Assembly (NCBI GenBank): GCA_024691325.1
Contig: JAILNR010000012.1
Coordinates: forward strand, 37,999 to 101,998
Reading direction: 5' to 3'
Length of the DNA: 64,000 nt
DNA from: Saccharofermentans sp.
Lineage (GTDB): Bacteria; Bacillota; Clostridia; Saccharofermentanales; Saccharofermentanaceae
This document shows positions 36,093 to 44,816 of this stretch, one piece after another. Every line of letters starts with the position of its first letter. The first letter of the stretch is position 1. The notes under the pieces are model-generated. The model had not been told where the DNA came from. It saw nothing but the letters and a program-made list of their open reading frames with translations, and ran no database searches. The position numbers were made by a program, and so were the translations under genes.

Positions 36093-37532
36093 CTACTCTG
36101 AGATGGCGGTATCGTTCAAAGAATAGACAGTTACCGATACAGATTCCGGAACCTGTCTCTCCACTCTGAAATAAACATCTCTGTCGGCAGATCTGATAAC
36201 TACCGGCAGTTCTACAACTCCCGTCTGGGAAACAGCCGAATAATCGATAGTCGCGATAATGTCGGCGGGTTTGATCGAATCAAGCGTATCCTGACGTCCT
36301 ACAATCTCCAGTTCAACGGAATCGATAGGATATGAAACATCAATATTGTCAGGGGTAGCATTACTGTCATAGATGATTGGGACAGTAACAGATGTAGTAA
36401 CAACAGGATTCGTATTCACCTGAATATACATCCAAAGTCCGAAAGACAAGACGAGTGATACGAGCATAAGGATGATCCTGACGCCGGGACCTACTGTGGA
36501 ATTATTAGTTAATTCCTCTGCTTTTGCCGTACGTATCTCAAGATGCTCGGAAACCTCACCTGCTGCCTCTGCAGCTGTAACATAAGCCTTCTTAGCCTCC
36601 TCTTCAGCCTTCTTCCTTCTGGACTTGGTGAAGATTCTTCTGATTCCGCGCCCCTTCAACAGATTCTCGGAAGATACACCGAGAAGATAATCAAGATTTG
36701 CTTCAAGCTCGATAGAGTCCTTCATCTCGTAAAGATTACCGTTAACGGCAATAGAGATCGATCCTCTCTCTTCGGAAACAACCACTACGACCGTATCACC
36801 CATCTCACTTGCACCGACGGCAGCTCTGTGACGTGTTCCGGTTCTGTCAAGATTATGCATAGTAACAGACAAAGGAACGTGACATCTTGCTGCGATAATC
36901 CTGCCGTCTCTGATAAGAAGACCGCCGTCATGCATGGGAGAGCCTTTATAGAATATAGACTGTAAAACCGAGTTTGAAACTGATGAATCAACCTTAACCA
37001 CATTCTCCTGGTTAATAAGTTCATCAAGGCGTGTCTTGCGCTCAATAAGGATCAATGCACCGGTTTTGGTAGCCGCCATCTCCTTACAAGCCGTACTTAA
37101 CTCGTGTATGAAAGTTGAAGATATTCCGTAACCGTCGGAACTGTCCGAGCTGAAGAATTTACTGAATGATATAAAGGAACGAAGTCCGACAGTCTCAAGT
37201 GCTCTTCTTAACTCAGGCTGGAAAAGCACAATAAACAAAATGGCAAACACATAAAGCAATCTGTTGAAGATGTAACCTACCATCTGAAGTCCGAACAGAC
37301 CGCACAGCAGAACAAAGCAAAGAATAAGAATAATTCCCTTGATAAGCTGCCATGCTCTTGACTGCCTTACGAACAAAAGGATCCAATAGAACAGCGCTGC
37401 AACAAGAAGTATGTCGACACCATAACGTATAACATCGACCGTACTTCCGAAGAATACGTAACCGCTCGAAATACTGTTAAATAATTCGGCGATAAAATCA
37501 ATCAGTTGTCCTATTAAAGAATCACTGCCCAT
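36093..37532 (-). CDS. cdaA: Diadenylate cyclase CdaA fused to a TM helix and one YbbR (CdaR-type) domain
   Basis: 479 aa. Three N-terminal TM helices. DAC domain with TGALILIE, PMHDGGLLI and GTRHRAAVG. A KKAEEEAKK linker, a fourth TM helix (VRIILMLVSLVLSFGLWMYI), then a YbbR-like repeat (VSYPIDSVELEIVG..IIATIDYS..GVVELPVVI). Confidence 0.85.
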   Translation of the reverse strand: MGSDSLIGQLIDFIAELFNSISSGYVFFGSTVDVIRYGVDILLVAALFYWILLFVRQSRAWQLIKGIILILCFVLLCGLFGLQMVGYIFNRLLYVFAILFIVLFQPELRRALETVGLRSFISFSKFFSSDSSDGYGISSTFIHELSTACKEMAATKTGALILIERKTRLDELINQENVVKVDSSVSNSVLQSIFYKGSPMHDGGLLIRDGRIIAARCHVPLSVTMHNLDRTGTRHRAAVGASEMGDTVVVVVSEERGSISIAVNGNLYEMKDSIELEANLDYLLGVSSENLLKGRGIRRIFTKSRRKKAEEEAKKAYVTAAEAAGEVSEHLEIRTAKAEELTNNSTVGPGVRIILMLVSLVLSFGLWMYIQVNTNPVVTTSVTVPIIYDSNATPDNIDVSYPIDSVELEIVGRQDTLDSIKPADIIATIDYSAVSQTGVVELPVVIRSADRDVYFRVERQVPESVSVTVYSLNDTAISE

Positions 37533-37538
37533 ATTAGT

Positions 37539-38459
37539 TTATTTTAACACTAACTTAAGTCTCGACAAAGGGTTTTCGACACAAGCCAGATGCACTTTTT
37601 GGGGATCAATGCCATAAGAGATAAGATTATCCGCTTCCTGCTTCATATTCGTAACCGAACCCGCCAAAGATCCGTTCTTTCCGTAATATGTTCTTCCGGA
37701 CTTCACTGTTACATCAGCATCAGCAAGCTTATACACCCCGTCAGGCATACCGGCACCCCTCATGGAATCAGATATAACTATTAGTCTTCTCTCATCAATC
37801 AGCTCGAAAAGCATCCTTAAAACAGTAGGTGCGATATGGATTCCGTCGCAGATAACCTCACAGAATATATCTTTGCGGTCATAAGCGGCACCGAGGACTC
37901 CGGGACTTCTCTTCGAACACGGTGACATGGCATTAAGAATATGAGTCACGCTCGAAGCACCGGCTTCAAACGCCTCCATAGCTTTATCATAATCCGCATC
38001 AGTGTGGGCTAGTGAAAGCACATATGATGATGAGAATTCTTTAATGAATTCAATACCCCCGTCAAGTTCGGGTGCTACATCGATAATCTTAAGAAGTCCG
38101 GGATAGTTTTTCTCTATCCGTTCCACTATTCTCGCTGCCTTTGAAGGAGGCACACAGAAGTCTTGGTTCTGAACTCCGGCTTTTGAAGGACTCATGAACG
38201 GGCCCTCGAGATGGATCCCGAGAATTTCAGCATAATCTCCGCCCTCTTCCTGCAGAATACTCTTTGCCTTGGAAACAGCTTCAAAACACTTCATGATGTT
38301 ATCTTCGATTATAGTCATTGTTGTAGGACAAAAAGCTTTAACCTTAAACTCAGGAAGTCTTCGGGCCATTCTCATAATACCCTCAAAAGAAGCGTCAGAA
38401 ACATCTTCCCCGAAGGCGCCGTGTATATGAGTGTCGATATAAACCGTATCCGAAATCAT
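37539..38459 (-). CDS. nagA: N-acetylglucosamine-6-phosphate deacetylase, short form
   Basis: 306 aa with DTHIHGAFG, HLEGPF, LAHTDA, THILNAM and DGIH motifs. It lacks the roughly 50-aa N-terminal beta-sandwich segment of canonical NagA. Confidence 0.82.
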   Translation of the reverse strand: MISDTVYIDTHIHGAFGEDVSDASFEGIMRMARRLPEFKVKAFCPTTMTIIEDNIMKCFEAVSKAKSILQEEGGDYAEILGIHLEGPFMSPSKAGVQNQDFCVPPSKAARIVERIEKNYPGLLKIIDVAPELDGGIEFIKEFSSSYVLSLAHTDADYDKAMEAFEAGASSVTHILNAMSPCSKRSPGVLGAAYDRKDIFCEVICDGIHIAPTVLRMLFELIDERRLIVISDSMRGAGMPDGVYKLADADVTVKSGRTYYGKNGSLAGSVTNMKQEADNLISYGIDPQKVHLACVENPLSRLKLVLK

Positions 38460-38471
38460 ACTTTATTATCT

Positions 38472-38506
38472 CATAAAACAAAGAAGGCTGCCCGTAAAGG
38501 CAGCCC
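38472..38506 (-). terminator. Rho-independent terminator after gdhA
   Basis: Arms ggctgcc (38486-92) and ggcagcc (38499-505), with a T-rich tract downstream on the minus strand. Confidence 0.55.
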
Positions 38507-38528
38507 TCATTGTTAAGTTTTTATCTTA

Positions 38529-39965
<1,437 letters not shown>

Positions 39966-40015
39966 CTAATGGATATAAATTTGCAATGTTTAATTTTCAA
40001 AAATTCATAATCGAA

Positions 40016-40537
40016 TTAATTTGAAGGAATAGCTGAAGGTTGGGCCTGCTGCATGGAAGCAGACGGCGCTACAGCAAAAGAAGATTCCTGCACATTGACA
40101 GATTCTGCAACAGTAACGTTTGTAAACGGATCATTGCGCGTCATATCATCAACTGAAGATATGCCGAACATCTCACCATACTGGGCAAAATCAATGTGAG
40201 GCAATACCGCATTAAAGGATATGAACAATATAAGAAGCGTGATTATCATAAGAAGACCGTTTCTTAAGATAATGAGATTGCGTTCCGCATTATGCTTTGA
40301 ATCAATATGCTCTTTTGTTGTATATCCGATAAGGACATATACCTTATTTATGTCTTCCCTCTTGGGTTTCTTGTTATATTCCTTTATCTTCCTTTGAATC
40401 TTATTCTTCACATAGGAAGGAAAATTGCGGAACAACTTGACCGTCGTTCTGACAACGGATGCAAATATACCCGATACCTTATCAGTAAAACTCTTATCGT
40501 GACCTGAAGCACTATTCATAAAAACGATTATACCCAA
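40016..40537 (-). CDS. Single-pass membrane protein, unknown function
   Basis: Basic N-terminal region, one TM helix (LLMIITLLILFISFNAVL) and a short Ser/Ala/Gln-rich exterior tail. The start is uncertain (TTG 40537 or ATG 40519). Second gene of the unit divergent from lexA. Confidence 0.55.
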   Translation of the reverse strand: MGIIVFMNSASGHDKSFTDKVSGIFASVVRTTVKLFRNFPSYVKNKIQRKIKEYNKKPKREDINKVYVLIGYTTKEHIDSKHNAERNLIILRNGLLMIITLLILFISFNAVLPHIDFAQYGEMFGISSVDDMTRNDPFTNVTVAESVNVQESSFAVAPSASMQQAQPSAIPSN

Positions 40538-40557
40538 ATCACTTTGATAAGTAAAAA

Positions 40558-41046
40558 TTATGACGCTGATGTCATCTTTTTATTCAAAATCTTAATCGCC
40601 CGCTGATGCTTCCTGTAACACGAAGACCTGCTCATATACAGTTCTTTGCATGTATCATCAATACTTAACTGCTTAAAGTAACGAAGATACAGAATGCTTG
40701 AGTAAGGAGCGGGCAAAGATAGAATCATAAGAAACATATTAAGAGCCTTCGTATGCCTTCTTAAAACACCTGTCGCCTGCGAACCGATATTCTTAACAAA
40801 ACTATCATATCCCAGGGATACTTCGATAAGCTCATCAGCCGGATCTTTATATCTGCCGTGAGGCACCAGCTGCGGATTAATTACTTTGACCGGAGAGCGG
40901 TCGTGAAAATACAGATCCCTTATTACCGTGACTTTATCTTCCATGCAGTCCGTCATGAAATTAACCAGAGAAACCGCCTCATCACCGGTGCACATAAGAT
41001 CTGAATGCAGATTTTTAAGCCGTTCAATCAATACATCTTCGTACAT
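40558..41046 (-). CDS. Sigma-70 region-4-like HTH protein
   Basis: The start is set at MYEDVL (ATG 41046, GGAG 5 nt upstream). The C-terminus SILYLRYFKQLSIDDTCKELYMSRSSCYRKHQRAIKIL resembles a sigma r4 / YlxM-type HTH. Confidence 0.6.
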   Translation of the reverse strand: MYEDVLIERLKNLHSDLMCTGDEAVSLVNFMTDCMEDKVTVIRDLYFHDRSPVKVINPQLVPHGRYKDPADELIEVSLGYDSFVKNIGSQATGVLRRHTKALNMFLMILSLPAPYSSILYLRYFKQLSIDDTCKELYMSRSSCYRKHQRAIKILNKKMTSAS

Positions 41047-41060
41047 AATAACTCCAAATA

Positions 41061-41074
41061 AGAACAAGTGTTTG
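41061..41074. promoter_or_regulatory. Candidate LexA (Cheo-type) SOS box
   Basis: aGAACaagtGTTTg versus the Gram-positive consensus CGAACnnnnGTTCG, with one core mismatch. It overlaps the -35 of the lexA promoter and lies 15 nt upstream of the divergent gene. Confidence 0.6.
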
Positions 41075-41100
41075 ACAAAAGCCGACAGTTTAAATAAAAT
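41072..41100 (+). promoter_or_regulatory. Sigma-A type promoter of lexA
   Basis: TTGACA (41072-77), a 17-nt spacer and TAAAAT (41095-100), followed by GGAGG and ATG 41133. Confidence 0.5.
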
Positions 41101-41106
41101 AAATAC

Positions 41107-41120
41107 AGAAAATATGTTTG
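41107..41120. promoter_or_regulatory. Weaker second LexA-box-like palindrome
   Basis: aGAAAatatGTTTg, with two core mismatches, lying between the -10 and the RBS of lexA. Confidence 0.3.
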
Positions 41121-41132
41121 GAGGCCGTTTAT

Positions 41133-41783
41133 ATGAGCACCAACTCACATGAAGCAAGCAAATCCGAGAAATCCATAGACAGAGTTTATAATTACGTTAA
41201 GTACTATATTAAGGAGAATACATTCTCCCCTTCTGTCAGAGATATATGCAAGGGTGCAGGTCTCAAGTCAACATCTTCAGTACACACATATTTAAAGAAA
41301 TTAGATGAGATGGGTTTGATTGAATACCGCCCGGGTATGAGAAGGGCGATCATCATCAAGAATCAGGATGATGAGGCTCAAGACCCGACCCCTGCCGATG
41401 TGGTCAAACTTCCGTGTATCGGTAAGATTACTGCCGGTCAACCAATTTATGCACATGAGGATTATAGTGATTCGTTCTACGTGAACAGATCTATTATCGG
41501 CAGTAATGAATGCTTCCTTTTGAAGGTAAGCGGCACCAGTATGATCAACGCGCATATCATGGACGGAGATTACCTTATAGTAAGGAAACAGAGCAGTTGC
41601 CAGGAGGGTGATATCGTAGCTGCCCTTATTAATGATGAGGCCACCGTCAAGCGGTTTGGCAAGATGAACGGCGTGCCTTATCTGTTCCCCGAGAATGATA
41701 TGTATTCCCCTATTCCATTTAACACGGAAGATTGCCGGATATTGGGTAAAGTAATCGGCCTTCACAGATACTCTATATACTGA
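41133..41783 (+). CDS. lexA: LexA repressor
   Basis: Winged HTH (SVRDICKGAGLKSTSSVHTYLKKL), an Ala-Gly cleavage site (KITAGQP), Ser nucleophile (SGTSM) and Lys (VKRF). ATG 41133 has GGAGG 8 nt upstream. Confidence 0.95.
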   Translation: MSTNSHEASKSEKSIDRVYNYVKYYIKENTFSPSVRDICKGAGLKSTSSVHTYLKKLDEMGLIEYRPGMRRAIIIKNQDDEAQDPTPADVVKLPCIGKITAGQPIYAHEDYSDSFYVNRSIIGSNECFLLKVSGTSMINAHIMDGDYLIVRKQSSCQEGDIVAALINDEATVKRFGKMNGVPYLFPENDMYSPIPFNTEDCRILGKVIGLHRYSIY

Positions 41784-41976
41784 TCAGTCCCATAACTGTA
41801 GTCCTCCTTTTCAGTTTGTAGAGCGACTATAACAGGATTTTTCAAATAACAATTCGTTTTAATTGAAATTTCAGGAGTAAAACCCTGAATATCAATTAGA
41901 ATTTACTTTTTGATTGCATATTTTGAAATTCTATAATCCGGAATTTCATTTTTTGCAATTATCAGAGCAAAAAAAA

Positions 41977-42906
41977 TCAGGATTCAAGAATGCTTAATAT
42001 CTGGTCCGCCTGCGAAGACACATTAAGATTACGGTCAATCTTATTTATACCCTCTATGTATCTGAACCAAGTAAGCTGCCTCTTGGCATAATGCCTTGAA
42101 TTAAGCTTTATCTCGTAAGCTACTCTTTCTATTGTTGCACCTGGTTCATTATCGATAAGCGGAACAAACTCCTTATAACCTATCGCCTGGCAGCATGTTG
42201 ACTTTCTGTCTATGGGTAGCGAATAAAGATAGCGAGCTTCTTCTTGCAGACCAGCCTCCATCATCTTATCCACGCGAAGATTTATCCTGTCGTACAAGAT
42301 TGACCTGTCATCCTCATAATCAATTTCAAAAAGTGCAAACGGATACTTGGGACCGCTCTTCTTTGATTCAAGATTACGCTGTGTAAAAGTCTTTCCAGTA
42401 GCAAGATAAACGGATAAGGCTCGTATAACACGCCTTGTATTATTAGGATGTATCTTTTGTGCAGCAAGAGGATCCACACTTTGAAGTCTGCTATAGATAC
42501 CATCTATACCGTTTGCTTCAAATTCTTTGTATAAAGAATCCGCCTCCTCATCAGCCTTCGGGTCGCCTTCAAAATTAATACCATCCCGAAGCGCCGATAT
42601 ATACTGACCGGTTCCTCCACACAGAACAGGGGTTTTCCCTCTTTTAAGAACATCATCAATCGAGTCAAGACAATCCTTAAGAAAGGATGAAACAGAATAG
42701 CTTTGTCCCGGCTCCACGATATCAATCATGTGATGAGGAACAAGCTCCTGTTCTTCTTTCGTTGCCTTCGCGGTACCGATATCAAGGTGTTTATATATCT
42801 GCATGGAATCGCAAGATATCAACTCGCCGCCTGTTCTTTTACAAAGCTCAATAGCGACTGCACTTTTACCGCTGGCTGTAGGACCTGTTATTATCGGGAT
42901 CATCAT
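41977..42906 (-). CDS. miaA: tRNA dimethylallyltransferase
   Basis: 309 aa with an ITGPTASGKS P-loop and DSMQIY. Confidence 0.95.
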   Translation of the reverse strand: MMIPIITGPTASGKSAVAIELCKRTGGELISCDSMQIYKHLDIGTAKATKEEQELVPHHMIDIVEPGQSYSVSSFLKDCLDSIDDVLKRGKTPVLCGGTGQYISALRDGINFEGDPKADEEADSLYKEFEANGIDGIYSRLQSVDPLAAQKIHPNNTRRVIRALSVYLATGKTFTQRNLESKKSGPKYPFALFEIDYEDDRSILYDRINLRVDKMMEAGLQEEARYLYSLPIDRKSTCCQAIGYKEFVPLIDNEPGATIERVAYEIKLNSRHYAKRQLTWFRYIEGINKIDRNLNVSSQADQILSILES

Positions 42907-42908
42907 GA

Positions 42909-44816
42909 TCAGACGATCCTCTTAAATCTCTTCTCAAGTTCAGTCTCGGAAATCTTAAAGAAAGTCGGTCTGCCGTGAGCGCAGTGATAAGGATCATTAC
43001 AAGAATGAAGCTGCTCAATTAAAGATAATGCCTCTTCTTTTGTTATCCTGTCATGCGCTTTAATCGCGGCCTTACAAGCCGTAGTCTGAATCAAAGAAGT
43101 CCACACATGAGAAGTTGAAGAAGTCTCACGCTTCATATCCTCGAGTATTTGGGTAAACATAACTGAAGGCTTCGACATTGACTTAAGTCTGTCTTCGGCT
43201 TTTGTTGCAACGGGAACAGCCCTTAAAGCGATCTGTCTGTCGCCAACAAGATCGATATCAAAACCAAACTGCTTAAACTTGGAAAGATTATCCGTAACAA
43301 AACTCATATCAGATGTGGACAGATCTATGATCTGGGGGATGAGCAAAGTCTCTATATCTCTTCCGCCTTCTTTAATATCTTTCCTGTTCGAACCGAACCG
43401 CTCATATAGAACCCTCTCATGAGCAGCATGCTGATCCACAAGAAATACTGCGTCATCAGACTGCATGATTATATAAGTCGCAAACAGGAACCCCACAAAC
43501 TCTGACGCCATTAACTCGTCTATCAGACTTCTGTCGGAAACGCGTTCTTCCAAAGTTTCCTCTTCGACAGGCTCGTAAATCTCCGCCTCCTTAGAAGGCA
43601 CGTTCTGTATGTTTTCTTTTGAAGAGTCACTTTCAGTTACTTGCGGCTCGTCTTCGATCTTACTTATGTCAGGCTTAAACTCAGAAAGAATCTTAAGAAG
43701 GTTGTCAGCAGCCTTAAGTTCAGCCTGATCAGGCTTACTTTCGCGAAGGCGTGTTGAACGCATTTGAGGCGCATTTGAAGATGATGTCGGTTCAGAAGCT
43801 GCTGTTTCCATAACAACTTCATCCTGCTTTTGTCCGAAGACCGCATTACGTATGCCGTGGAGAGCAAGCCTGAAAACAACAGAGTCATCCGAGAATTTTA
43901 CTTCCGCCTTTTGGGGATGAACATTAACATCAACGCCGCCCGCGGGTACATAAATGCAAAGTATGCAAATGGGATACTTATGCTTCATAACGGAAGCTTT
44001 ATAAGCCTCGTCGATGGCTGCTGTTACAGTAGCACTCTTTATCGGTCTGTCATTTACATACACATACTGCATGGCACGGTTGCCTCTGACGAACGAGGGT
44101 TTGCCTGTAAAGCCCTTAAGCTTAAGTCCGTTTAATTCGTAATCAACTTCAACAAGTGAAGACGCTGTCTCCTTACCGTAGATCGCATAAACCGCGTCCC
44201 TCATGTTGCCGTTACCGGGAGTTGAGAGTATCTGCTTCCCGTCCTTTATAAGCTTGAAAGTGATATGAGGATTGATAACAGCAAGCTTCTCAACAAGAGC
44301 ACAGATATACATGCTCTCTGTCGCATCACGCTTCAGGAATTTATACCTTGCAGGCATATTCGCGAAAAGGTTTGCAACCGACACTACAGTTCCTTTATCA
44401 GCCGAGGTCTCGCAATTACGGACGAGTTCGCCGTCTTTGTACTCGATGAGCACACCTGCATCCATGTCAGCCTGTTTGGTAACAAGCGTCACATCAGAGC
44501 AGGCCGCGATAGATGCCAGGGCCTCGCCCCGGAAGCCCTGAGTTGAAAGATCATAAATATCATCAGCTGTTTTTATCTTTGATGTCGCATGAATAAGGAA
44601 AGACTTCTGCGCATCCTGTGCATCCATTCCTATACCGTTATCGCTAACGCGGATGAGAGATATCCCGCCGTTTTGAAACTCAACTGTTATCGAGGTGGCG
44701 CCTGCATCAACACTGTTATCAACAAGCTCTTTAACAACCGAGAACGGACGCTCGATTACTTCGCCCGCTTTGATAGCGTTGGCAGTCTTCTGGTCAAGGA
44801 CGTTAATCCTGCTCAC
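42909..44816 (-). CDS. mutL: DNA mismatch repair protein MutL
   Basis: 635 aa with GHKL motifs ELVDNSVDAG, DNGIGM and GFRGEAL, and a C-terminal CAHGRPT. Confidence 0.96.
   Translation of the reverse strand: MSRINVLDQKTANAIKAGEVIERPFSVVKELVDNSVDAGATSITVEFQNGGISLIRVSDNGIGMDAQDAQKSFLIHATSKIKTADDIYDLSTQGFRGEALASIAACSDVTLVTKQADMDAGVLIEYKDGELVRNCETSADKGTVVSVANLFANMPARYKFLKRDATESMYICALVEKLAVINPHITFKLIKDGKQILSTPGNGNMRDAVYAIYGKETASSLVEVDYELNGLKLKGFTGKPSFVRGNRAMQYVYVNDRPIKSATVTAAIDEAYKASVMKHKYPICILCIYVPAGGVDVNVHPQKAEVKFSDDSVVFRLALHGIRNAVFGQKQDEVVMETAASEPTSSSNAPQMRSTRLRESKPDQAELKAADNLLKILSEFKPDISKIEDEPQVTESDSSKENIQNVPSKEAEIYEPVEEETLEERVSDRSLIDELMASEFVGFLFATYIIMQSDDAVFLVDQHAAHERVLYERFGSNRKDIKEGGRDIETLLIPQIIDLSTSDMSFVTDNLSKFKQFGFDIDLVGDRQIALRAVPVATKAEDRLKSMSKPSVMFTQILEDMKRETSSTSHVWTSLIQTTACKAAIKAHDRITKEEALSLIEQLHSCNDPYHCAHGRPTFFKISETELEKRFKRIV

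Noticed and set aside
41794-41830. Minus-strand AAGGAGG followed 9 nt later by ATG, giving a 6-codon mini-ORF (MGLISI) that overlaps the lexA stop
   Set aside because: It is too short and lies at the distal end of the miaA 3' region. It is most likely a chance RBS-like string, and I see no attenuator structure.
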